Source: Alphaproteobacteria bacterium (GTDB taxonomy: Bacteria > Pseudomonadota > Alphaproteobacteria > SP197). Taken from it: a stretch of 64,000 nucleotides of DNA. Numbering within the stretch: position 1 is the first letter of the stretch; each line of letters begins with the position of its first letter. A program made the translations under genes and the position numbers. The stretch covers positions 2,304,001-2,368,000 of the forward strand of contig OZ219747.1 in NCBI GenBank assembly GCA_964291265.2, given 5' to 3'. Positions 31,809-41,600 of this stretch are shown here, one piece after another. A model generated the notes under the pieces. It saw nothing but the letters and a program-made list of their open reading frames with translations. It did not search any database and was not told the origin of the DNA.

Positions 31809-32364
31809 CCCGGTCCATCCGGCAGATCCGGGATCACGCCTTGTCCAGCTCTCGCGGATGCCCGTCCGTATCCATCCGGCCCCGTGCTCACCCGCGGCGA
31901 GCGCCGGTTCCCGCAGGCCATTCCCCTGCCGACGCTGAGCGGATGCCGAAGATGGGAACGTTCCCGCTTGCGGCGAGTTGACCAGGCCGACCCTCTGAAG
32001 CCCCGGTCATGAAGACACGCGTGAACCTTGCGGTGATGGCGGCCTGTCGCCTCCCTCACCACCCGGCTCACCTCGATGTCCCCAAGTCACATGCCCAGCG
32101 CCCGCCAGCTCGTGGCGTCGTTCGCAAGGCAACGCATCCGGTCAGCCGCATCCAACACAGGCCTTGCTATCATCAATCCCCGCCACTACCTTGTGGCCGA
32201 CAAAGAGGGCAGGGCTCGACAATGTCCCCCTCCTGCTCGGTACTATGTCAATCCTTATCGGCGTGCCGTCCTTGCTGCCTGGCAGGGTCAACCGGTTGTA
32301 GTCGGCATGGCCGTTCATATGCTGGATGGCGTCAGCGTCAAGTCCGGGTCAGGAATCGATCAGG

Positions 32365-32806
32365 GTGCCCAAACGTCAGGGGAGCAATCCAAAACGCAGA
32401 TTCGTCCCGAGACACGAGATTGACCGCAGTGTCCTGAAACGCCTCGCGGACGAGGTCTGCTACACGAGGCAGCGCGCTTCACAAACACAAGGGCGCCGAC
32501 TACGGTTTCCATCCTCCTGCGAACCCACGCCTGAACAAGTCACTGTGCCATGGCAGCGGTCGAATCGTGTGCTTGAACGAAGCGAGAGCCCTCTTCCGCG
32601 AAGGCATCGAACGAGGGATGATCAGCAACATCGGCGAAGATGGATTTCCGAAGGACATCTGGGCCGTGGACTCGGAGGGTCGAGCGTACGAATCCAAGCT
32701 CGAGCAAGGAAGTCGGCACGACCACGGCTACGAGTTGGGCGAGGACGATGACGGCATGCGGCGTCTGGTCCTGGAAGAATGGGGGCTGAGATGCAAGGCG
32801 AACTGA
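32365..32806 (+). pseudogene. Frameshifted hypothetical protein
   Basis: VPKRQGSNPKRR...VCYT continues after a one-base shift near 32467 as GSALHKHKGADYGFHPP...FPKDIWAVDSEGRAYESK. Confidence 0.55.
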
Positions 32807-33012
32807 CAGTTTCACTCTCTTGCGGGGAACTCCCTTCTGGCTCGGCGCAGGAAAGGGCGACGTTCGGTCTGTTCTCGATGACAGCGAACGAACGACTGCT
32901 CACTGCCGGTCAGGACATCGAAAGCGACGAACTCCGCCACGGTCCGCACGTTGCGGGATACCCGCTCGCCGAGTGGCTCATCTGGAACTGGTGGAGGATC
33001 CGGTGGGAGGGC
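32791..33012 (+). pseudogene. Truncated N-terminus of a conserved hypothetical protein
   Basis: MQGELTV...GYPLAEWLIWNWWRIRWE runs head-on into the helicase fragment on the opposite strand. Confidence 0.55.
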
Positions 33013-33014
33013 AG

Positions 33015-34093
33015 ACGGCCCTCGCTGGAAAGCCCCGAGAGCTTGCTCATGTCGCTCCGGAGGCTGCCGTCGTAATGCGCGTCGCAATCCGGATGCAGGC
33101 AAAAACGAAAGGCGCCGCGGATATGCCACGCGGGCAAGCCGTCCTCCGATACGGTGCCTCGCGTATCCACCCGGACACCGCGGGGCCGGTATTGCCGGAA
33201 ATGGGGTTTGAGCCAGGCCTCGTCACCGCGGAACTCCAGCCAGTCCTCCGGGTATTGATTCTCGATATCCTCGGGATCGAACAGCCCTGAAGGATCCGGC
33301 ATGAGATAGCCGGGCTGGACATCCTCGTCTTTGTGTGATCGTTCGGACAGGTCGCGGGGAAAGAACGTGTGCGGCTGCTTGCCGGCAAGCCTCGCCCAGA
33401 CGGGCAGGTATTCCTGGCCGCAGGCGCGGCAGAAGACGAGCGGGAAGAGGGCGCGGGAGCGGTCTCCGGGTTTGAACTGCTGGCCGTGCAGGGTGAGATA
33501 GCGCTCGTTTGGCGCCTCAAGGGTCGTGAAGGTGTTCCATGCTCCACTGATGAACTGGTGCAGCCGGAACGCGAAAAAGCTCTGGCCTTGTTCATTCCGG
33601 CTTTGGTGGGCGGTCAGGAGAAAGTTCGCCAGGTAGTCTCGGCAACGCGCGGCGTCGAGGCCGCTGTCGCCGGCAAGACGCTCCGAAGCCTGAAGGATGG
33701 TCAAGGGGCGCGAAATCCGCACAAGCCTGTCGCCCTGCTCTTCGAGCCCGAGATTGCGCTCCACCCAGGCTGCGACCGGATGGGCCGCAAGCGTTTCGTA
33801 TGTCGGATTCGAGGGGACTCCCCGCTCCATGGCGGTGCGCAGATCAGGTCCGCTCAGGCTTGCGCTGTGATCAGTGACGGGTCGCAGGGTTTCGGAAACG
33901 ATGTTGTCGGGATCGACAGCGGCGCCAAACAAGCGGCTTGCGACGTCCGCAACGGCAGCGTCCCGGTCGTCGGGTGAGCCTTCGGAGGCCATCGTCGCCG
34001 AGGTGCCGATACAGAGAAGACGCTCGTTGAACCGCTCCCGGACGCGTCGGACAAGCATGGCGACATCGGCTCCCTGCCGCCCGCGGTAGGTGT
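33015..34093 (-). pseudogene. DEAD/DEAH helicase, downstream part of the interrupted gene, 3'-truncated
   Basis: TYRGRQGADVAML, motif III IGTSATM, FRLHQFISG, CRACGQEY. Continues the 62768-63497 fragment in frame. Confidence 0.9.
34082..34093 (+). repeat. Left junction direct repeat CGCGGTAGGTGT
   Basis: Identical to 62768-62779; the flanking bases differ on both sides. Confidence 0.95.
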
Positions 34094-34139
34094 AAGCACA
34101 AGACCCGGCGATAACGGCACCAACGGGCCAACGGCAACC

Positions 34140-34155
34140 AAGCGTCTTCTCTCAC
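34140..34155. repeat. Subterminal inverted repeat, left copy (pairs with 62711-62726)
   Basis: AAGCGTCTTCTCTCAC matches the reverse complement of GTGAGAGAGAACGCTT at 14/16. Confidence 0.7.
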
Positions 34156-34462
34156 TTCCCGACCCTTCTACAACAGGTTACATGACAATGCAAGAGAAAT
34201 TTCGATCGCGCCAGAACAACGCGGTGTCGTTCCGATGTCGTTAAATTGTTGCACCCAGGGAAGTAGAACGGCCACGACTGTCCGCTTGCCAGATCCCTCA
34301 CGGCCGTCCAGGATGACGCAACAGAAACATATCAGCGCGCCACAAGAACAACACAAGAAGGGGCTTCGATATCGCCATGCAGGATGAGCACAGGACAATG
34401 ACATCTCTGATCGGCCCTCATCCGGCGCATGTGTTTCCCCAGTCAACGCTGGTCACGGCGCC

Positions 34463-34801
34463 ATGACCGACCGCCGCCAGCACGCCGTCATGGCGACGGA
34501 CGCCGAGTGGGAACGCATCACCCGGGCGGCCCGTGCGGCCGGCATGGAGCTCTCCCGCTTCATCGTGCAGCGCACCCTGTTGCCGGATGCCTTGCCGGTG
34601 GAGGTGCTGCGGCGGGCCGTGCGGGAGGTGCTCGTCATGGCCCGCCTGGAAGAGCGGCGCCTGCGCGAGGCTGGCTCCGGGGAGGCCTGGGAGGAGGCCG
34701 GAGAGGCGGTCAACGCCTGGCTGGAGAGCGAGGGCGTCCTGGCGCGCCTGACCGATCCGGGAGCGGCCAACCGCTGGAAGGCGGCGGGAGACGGGGGATG
34801 A
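34463..34801 (+). CDS. Ribbon-helix-helix (MobC/NikA-like) protein 1
   Basis: HAVMATDAEWERITRAARAAGMELSRFIV. Confidence 0.72.
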   Translation: MTDRRQHAVMATDAEWERITRAARAAGMELSRFIVQRTLLPDALPVEVLRRAVREVLVMARLEERRLREAGSGEAWEEAGEAVNAWLESEGVLARLTDPGAANRWKAAGDGG

Positions 34802-35091
34802 CGCGCCAGCTGAAGCGCCAGCGTTCCGTGCACTGTCCGCCCGAGGAACAGGAGATGATCCGCGGGAAGGCGAAGGCCGCCGGCAAGACGGTGTCGGGCT
34901 ACCTGCTTGACCTTGCCCGCGACGACGATCCGCAGATCCATCCCCTGGTGCTGTCGCCGGAGGATCAGCGTGAGTTCCTCGAGGGCACGAGGACCCTGCA
35001 GGAGGTGGCAAGCGCCCTGCGCCGGGAGCTTCCCGGCACGGAGGGCCTGACCCTCCTTGCGGCGGTGGCGGTGATGAGCCGATGGCGATGA
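34798..35091 (+). CDS. Ribbon-helix-helix (MobC/NikA-like) protein 2
   Basis: RSVHCPPEEQEMIRGKAKAAGKTVSGYLLDLA; ATGA coupling with the previous gene. Confidence 0.72.
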   Translation: MTRQLKRQRSVHCPPEEQEMIRGKAKAAGKTVSGYLLDLARDDDPQIHPLVLSPEDQREFLEGTRTLQEVASALRRELPGTEGLTLLAAVAVMSRWR

Positions 35092-35564
35092 GGCCGCGGC
35101 GGCGTCGCCGGAAGAAGCCGCCGTCGAAGCACCTGACGGTCTCGGCGACGGACGCCGAGTGGGAGATGGTGAGGTCGCAAGCGGCAGGCCGCGGGCTCTC
35201 GATCGCCCGCTATCTCGTGGGCCTGGCGGCCCGGGACGGGGCCGAGGGCGACAGGGGACCGCCGCTGGTGCTGGCCGGGGTTCAGCAGCGGGAGCTCCTG
35301 GAGCTTCACCGGGAGATGCTCTCGCTGCTGCAGGGCGATGAGGACACATCGTCGCTGATGGCCGACATCCAGGCGCGGGTCGCGGTGATGTTCAACCTGT
35401 GGGCGAAGGACATGATCGCCCGCGGCCGGGAGGAGGATCTCCAGGCCGAGCTGGCCTCGATCCTCGGCGAGGAGCAGGCGGCCGCCGTCATGGCCTCCGT
35501 CAGGAGAACGACGACGGAGCGCCCGCGGGCCGCGGATACGGTCCAGCCGGATCTCTTTTCCTGA
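35088..35564 (+). CDS. Ribbon-helix-helix (MobC/NikA-like) protein 3
   Basis: HLTVSATDAEWEMVRSQAAGRGLSIARYLV; ATGA coupling. Confidence 0.72.
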   Translation: MRPRRRRRKKPPSKHLTVSATDAEWEMVRSQAAGRGLSIARYLVGLAARDGAEGDRGPPLVLAGVQQRELLELHREMLSLLQGDEDTSSLMADIQARVAVMFNLWAKDMIARGREEDLQAELASILGEEQAAAVMASVRRTTTERPRAADTVQPDLFS

Positions 35565-35600
35565 ACGCAGGGGATCATCGGGGGAGCATGAGCCTGGCGC

Positions 35601-38600
35601 CTACATCGACAGGCCGCGGGACCGTCCACGCCTGCGGGCCTCGATCTCCCGGAGCGTCTCGGCCATGCGCCTCTCCCGCGCCGTCTCGTCATCCCAGGGC
35701 GCGCGTACGCATCCGCGCGTGAAGAGGGAGCGCATGTCCTGGCGGATCGTCGAACCGGCTGCAGGCGCTCCCTGCATCCCCCAGGAGCGGACCACGCGGA
35801 GCGTCACCCCGTCTCCCACCACGTCGTTGACGCCGGCCTCGACGGCCTCGACGATCGCCTCGACCTGCGCGGTGTCGCCCTCGAGCGGGGGCTGGACCGG
35901 GCCGGCATGCCGCACCATGGTCCAGCGTATCCTGTCGCCCGGAAGGACCCTCTCCTCGCAGGCGAAGGGGAAGGCGTCGTTGCGGGCGGGATACTGCCGG
36001 TCGCGTTCCCGCTGGCGCAGCGTCTCGTCGGGCCACAGGAGGCGCCGGCAGGTGACGTTGCCGGCAAGGGGGCGGAGCGTCTCGGCGTGGAGACTGCGGG
36101 TCTCTGTGCCGCCGACGGGACGAATGCGCAGGCGATCGATGACGTCGGGGCCGGTGACGTGGCTGACCATCTCGACAACCGCGTCGTGGCGGCCCTCTGC
36201 GTCGATCCAGCTGAGCCGGTCGCCGCGGAGCAGGGGCTCGGTCCCGTCCCAGCGGACGCTGCGGGAGACGTCGAACGGCGCCTCCCGCAGCTGCCGCATG
36301 GCGGTGCGGACCTCGAGGAGGTGGCGGGTCCGGCCTGCCTCCTCGCGCACCGCATCGTCCTGGGCCAGGCGTTCCGGGAGTGCCGCCACGATGTAGGCGA
36401 GGCGCCGGGGCGAAGCGCCCGCGGCGCGGATGTGGGCCTCCTGGTTCAGCGACCCTGCCTCCACGGCCTCCAGCAGCATCCGGGCACGGCGGCGCCAGGC
36501 GTCGGACAGCGCTGCGCTTCCCTGGAGGCCGGGTTGGAGAGCCAGGGCCTCCGCGACGAGCTCATGAGCCCGCTGGCGTTCACCGTCCCAGCCATCGAGC
36601 GTCTTGCGCCACGCGCTGACGGTGGTCCGGTCCTCCGCGGTAAGGCGCGGATCGTCCCGGAGCTGCCGCAGCGCCTCGCGCAGGGGCGCCATGTGGGGCG
36701 AATCGAGGGGATGGCGATGATGGTCCCGCACCTCCCCATTGATGGCGTCTGCCCGGCGCACGAGAGCCCGCAGGCTGTCGCCGAGGAGCATGGCGTCGAT
36801 GCGCTCGGCCTCGGTCTTGACGACATCCCCGGCGCCCGCCATGTCGCGGGCCGGCAGGCCGCCGGCCTTCCACGCGCCGGGGAGTGCACGACCTTCGGCC
36901 AGGAGCGCCGCGGCGTCGCGGCGCCAGAGGGCATCGCCCGGTTCCGCCGCCTCGCCCAGGCGGCCGGCGCGGCGGCGCCAGTCCGCGAGAACATCGAGGG
37001 CGGCGTCCGTCGCCATCCAGGAGGGCACCGAGGCAAGGCGTTGCTGGAAGGCATCGGGGGATGTTCCGAGGGCGCGAAGCTGCGCGGTGCGCTCGCCTTC
37101 GGGGATGGCGTCCATCGCCGCACGGGCTTCCTCTGCCGCCGCCGGGGCCACGGCGCGCCAGACCACACGGTCGTCGCCTGAGCCGCCGAACGTGGGCCGG
37201 TTCGCCTCGGCCTCCGCGAGGCGGGCAAGGGCTTTGGCGAGACGGCCGCGGTCACGGCGCCAGCGCCTGTCGTCATCGAGCCGGCGGACAAGCGTGCGCA
37301 CGGTTCCATCCGCCGTCGCGCCGTCGGCCACCGCCGCGGAGACCTCCTCGAGAAGGCCGGGCCAGTCAGCGAGGTCGCATGGCAGGCGTCCGGCGGCCTC
37401 GGCACGGTCCTCGATCTCCTTCACCCGCTGCAGAAGTGCGGCGCGGTCCAGGGCTCTGAAGGTCGTCTCGATGGTTGCCGCTGCCGCCGCGAGGCCGTGA
37501 CGGGCGTCGGCGAGGGCATCGAGGTGGCGGGCCTTCAGCGACCTGTCGGCCAGCATCGCCCGGGCGGCCGTCAGCAATGCCGCCGCCTCGGTGCGCCATG
37601 CCTGGGCATCGGGATGGTCTGCCACGATCCCGGGCCCCGTCTTCGCCAGGACCCGGGCCCTGGCGACGGTGGCCTCGGTCTCGCGGCGTTCCGCCTTCCA
37701 CCTGCCGTCGGCGTCCCGCCAGTCGGCCATCAGGTCGCGCGTTGCCTGCGGCGTGCCCTCGCGTCCGGCGAGATCCTCCAGGGCCGCCAGGAGCCGGGGG
37801 TAGTCCGCCGCGTCGAGGGGATGCACGCCGTCTTCCTCATGGGCCCGGTTGACGGACCAGGTGAGGGCGGCGAACGCCTGGCATGCGGCCGTCAACCGGG
37901 CTGCCTCGAGCTGTCTGACGACGCTGTCGACGGCGTCTTGGGCGCCCGCCATGTCGTCCGTGCGAGAGAGATGGGCGGCCCATTCCTCCACAAGCTTCCT
38001 GCCCTCCTCGATCAGGGCGCCCGCCCGTTCGACATTCTCCCGCGCGATGGTCGGACCCTCGCTGCCCTCGCGCAGCACCTCGGCGGCCCGCCCCGACCAG
38101 TCGTCGAGGCCGGTGAGGGCCGCGTCGGTGGCGCGCCACAGGGGCACGGCGCCGACCAGGGAAGCGAAGGCCTGGGCCGTCATGCCGCAGGCCGCGAGGT
38201 GGGCTCTGCGCTCGTGGTCGGCAAGGGCGACCACGGTCTCGAGGGCGCCGTCCAGGGCTTCGGCCCCGTCGCGCCACGCCCGGCGGTCCGGCGCGTCGCT
38301 GCGGAGGTCCGCGTAACGGGGCCTTGAGCGTTCGAGGTCCGCCAGCAGGCCGACGACCTCAGTCACGCGGCGGCGGTCGCGGCGCCAGCGCCCGTCGTCT
38401 GCCAGCCAGCGTTCCAGATGGCGGCCCACCGGATCGCCGGGTGCGGCGGCATCGACGGCACGGCGGATCTCGCTCAGCGTGCCGAACCATTCCGCGAGAT
38501 CGAGGGGCAGCCGGTCCTCGATGCGGGCCCGGCCAGCGATCCCGCAGACCCGCCACAGCAGCGTGGCGCGGTCAAGCGCCTCCAGTCTCTCGACGACCTC

Positions 38601-41600
38601 CCGGCCCGCCGTCACGATCCCGTCGCGCTCCTCCGGCATGGCGGCGATGTACGGACCATGAGGACCGTCCGTGTCAAGGAGCGAGCGCATGTGCCGCAGG
38701 TGAGCCTCCGCGTCACGCCGCCACCGCGTGACATCGGCATCCTCGGGATCGACCCCGCCCGCGCCATCGAGTGGCACGTGGTCTGCGAACCATGCTGCCA
38801 GCATGCCGACTCTCTGACGCGCCGACCTGAAGTCGTCGACGAGAGCGGTCTCCGTGGCATGGCGCGCCTGCCAGGCCTCCACCGCACGGCGTTCCTCCGC
38901 CGTCAGCCCCGTGGACCGCGCCAGGGCCGCGCCGCGGCGGGAGAGGTCCGCATGGTCCGCCAGGAGGGAGACCGGCACGGCCTTCTCCCGCGACCGCGTG
39001 AGCAAGGCACTCCAGTCGCGGGCAAAGCGCGCGGCATCGTCCTTCAGCCGCACCTTCTCCACACCGGCAAGCGCAGCCTCGAGGTGTCGGCGATCACCCT
39101 CCGGGAGTGCCGGCGCCTCCGCTCCGGCGAGCCGCCGCCGGGCGCTGTCGACAAGGGCCGTCCCCGCATCGCGCCACGTCCGCCAGGCCGGGCCGTCTCC
39201 TGCAGGGTGGCCTGTGGACCGGGCCGCCCATGCCAGTTCCGGCCAGCGCCGCGGCTGGTCCTGCAGGCCGGCGATGAGCTCCCGCACCTGGCGCTCCGCA
39301 GCGCGGGACGCTTCGTGGGCTCCAAGGCGTTCGTCGACGAAGGCGCGCATCTCGTCCGGCAGGTCCTCGACCGCCGCGAAGGCGGCAAGGCGCGCCATCA
39401 CCCCGGCATAGGCCGGAACCGACGAGGGAGGCGAACCCGACGCCTCCCGTTCCACCTCTTCCCAGTCGGTCACGACAGCGGCCCACGCATCGGGATCGAC
39501 GATCGGGCCGTCGAGATCCTCGCCCAGGGCCTCGAGCGCGGCGTCGGGCACGTCGGGCGAGGTCTCGAGACACTCGATCAGCGCCTCGCGGTCGTCCGTC
39601 AACAGCGTGAACCCCTGCGAGGCACGGCTCACCTCGACGTAGAACATCTCCCGGTTCGCCATGTGTCCGGCATCGAGGACGGCGATGACCTTCTTCGCCG
39701 TCTTCCCCTGGGCGCCGTGGACCGTGGAACTCCAGGCATGGTCGAGGTGGCGCAGGTGGGGATCGCTGCGGGACAGGGAGTACTCCGTGCCGTCGTCCGC
39801 CAGCAGCCGCACCCGCTCGGGCCCGATCGACAGCACGCGGGCTTCCTCGCCGTTGACCAGGGCCGGCGTGCGCCGCCGGGCCTTGCGGTTGCGCGTCCAG
39901 CGCACCCGGTCGCCGGCCCGGATCTCGATCTCCACGGTCTCGTGCACCCCGAGGTTGCGGGCGGCGTTGCCCGAGGGCCGGAAACGCCGTTCCCGGCCGT
40001 CGGCATGGTCGAGGACGACCCAGCCGTCGCCGACCCCGGTGATGGTGCAGACATCGTCGGCACGGCAACCATAGGCGTCGCGGTGGAAGACCACCGTGTC
40101 CCCCGGTTCGTAGTTGGCGAGAACCGAGGCCTCGATGCGGGTGTAGCGCCGGTCGACGAGGCGCCGGATGGTGAGCGTCCCTCCCGTCAGCACGCCTTCC
40201 TGCGCCAGGCCCTCGCGGATGGCCGCGTTGATCTCCCGGCGCACGGCATGGGTCGGGGCGAGGACGGCGCAGGCCTCCCGGTCCTCCGCCCCGAGGGCGA
40301 GCCACGCCCGGGCCGCCTCTGCACCGAGATCCTCCACCCGGTGTTCCGTCACCCGGTTGGCGAGCCGCGTCATGGCCTCGCCGGCCTCGCCCTCGCGGGC
40401 CCGCACCACCGCCTCCTTCAGGTCCGCATCCTCCTGGCGCAGCACCTCGTCCATCACCGCCGTCGCCATGCCGCGCTTCTGCATGAGGGCAAAGGGCTGG
40501 CCGGCGTCCACCGCCTTCAGCTGCGCCGTGTCGCCGACAAGCACCACGCGAGCGATACCAAGGGTTCCGGCCAGGGCGAGCAGCCTCTCCATCGCCACCG
40601 TGCCGATCATCGAGGCCTCGTCCACCACCAGCACCCCGCCGCCCATGTCCTCGCGGGCCCGCTCCAGGCGGTCGGGGTCCGAGAGATCGCCGTAGCGCAC
40701 CAGGAACCACTGAAGGGTGCGGGTCGGGACCCCGGCTTCCCTCTCCAGCACCCGCGCCGCGGCGGCCGAGGGAGCAAGGGCGATGAGCGGGCGCCCCTCC
40801 ACGAGGCCCGCCACCTCCCTCAGCATCGTCGTCTTGCCGCTGCCGGCCCGGCCTTGCACGCCCACCACCACATCGCCGGACCCCAGGACGTGACGCACCG
40901 CGTTCGCCTGCCCGGCGGTCAGTCTCGCCGCCGCAAGGCGGGCCGTCACCGTCTCTTCCGGGACCAGGGCGACGGCCAACGCCCGGCCCTGCCTCACCGC
41001 CTCCAGGATGCGCCGTTCCGCCTTGACCGCCCGGTCGGTGACGAAGGAACGGTCCGAGCCCCGCAGGACCGTCTCCAGCAACTCCCCTTCCGCGACGAGG
41101 CGCTCGATCGCCGCGTCGATCTCTTCCAGCCGGTAGCGTCCCGGCGCATGGCCCAGGACCAGTGCCCGGATGTCGCGAGCCGGGATCACCGTGCGTCTCT
41201 CCTCGACGTGAGCCACCGCCCGCGCCACCGCCTCGAGGACGCCCGTCTCGGGCTCGGCGATGCGTTCCGCCGGAGCCGAGGGGCGGAACCGGCGCCGCCG
41301 CACTACGGTCTCCACCACCGGCTCGAGGTGCGGCGCCGCAGGCGACCGCCGCCGACGCCGGCGTTCGTTCTTCGTCAGCTCCGCTTCCGGGTCCACCGGC
41401 AGCGCCATCTCCCGACCCGTCTCCGGTTCGACCGGCCTCGGCGGCCTGAGCGCCGCCTCGTCGCGCACAAGGCCCAGGGCGCGCGCCCGGGCGCGCCACT
41501 GCGGCACCAGCTCGGCAAGGCCCGCCTCGACCTTGCGGCGGCGCGTGTGGAGCGTCGCCTTCTGCGTTGCCTCACGCGTCGCCGGAAGCCCGTGCTTCTC

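Noticed and set aside
31809-32364. tRNA/att site marking the outer island boundary
   Set aside because: No tRNA fold or matching repeat found by eye; the other boundary lies outside the window.
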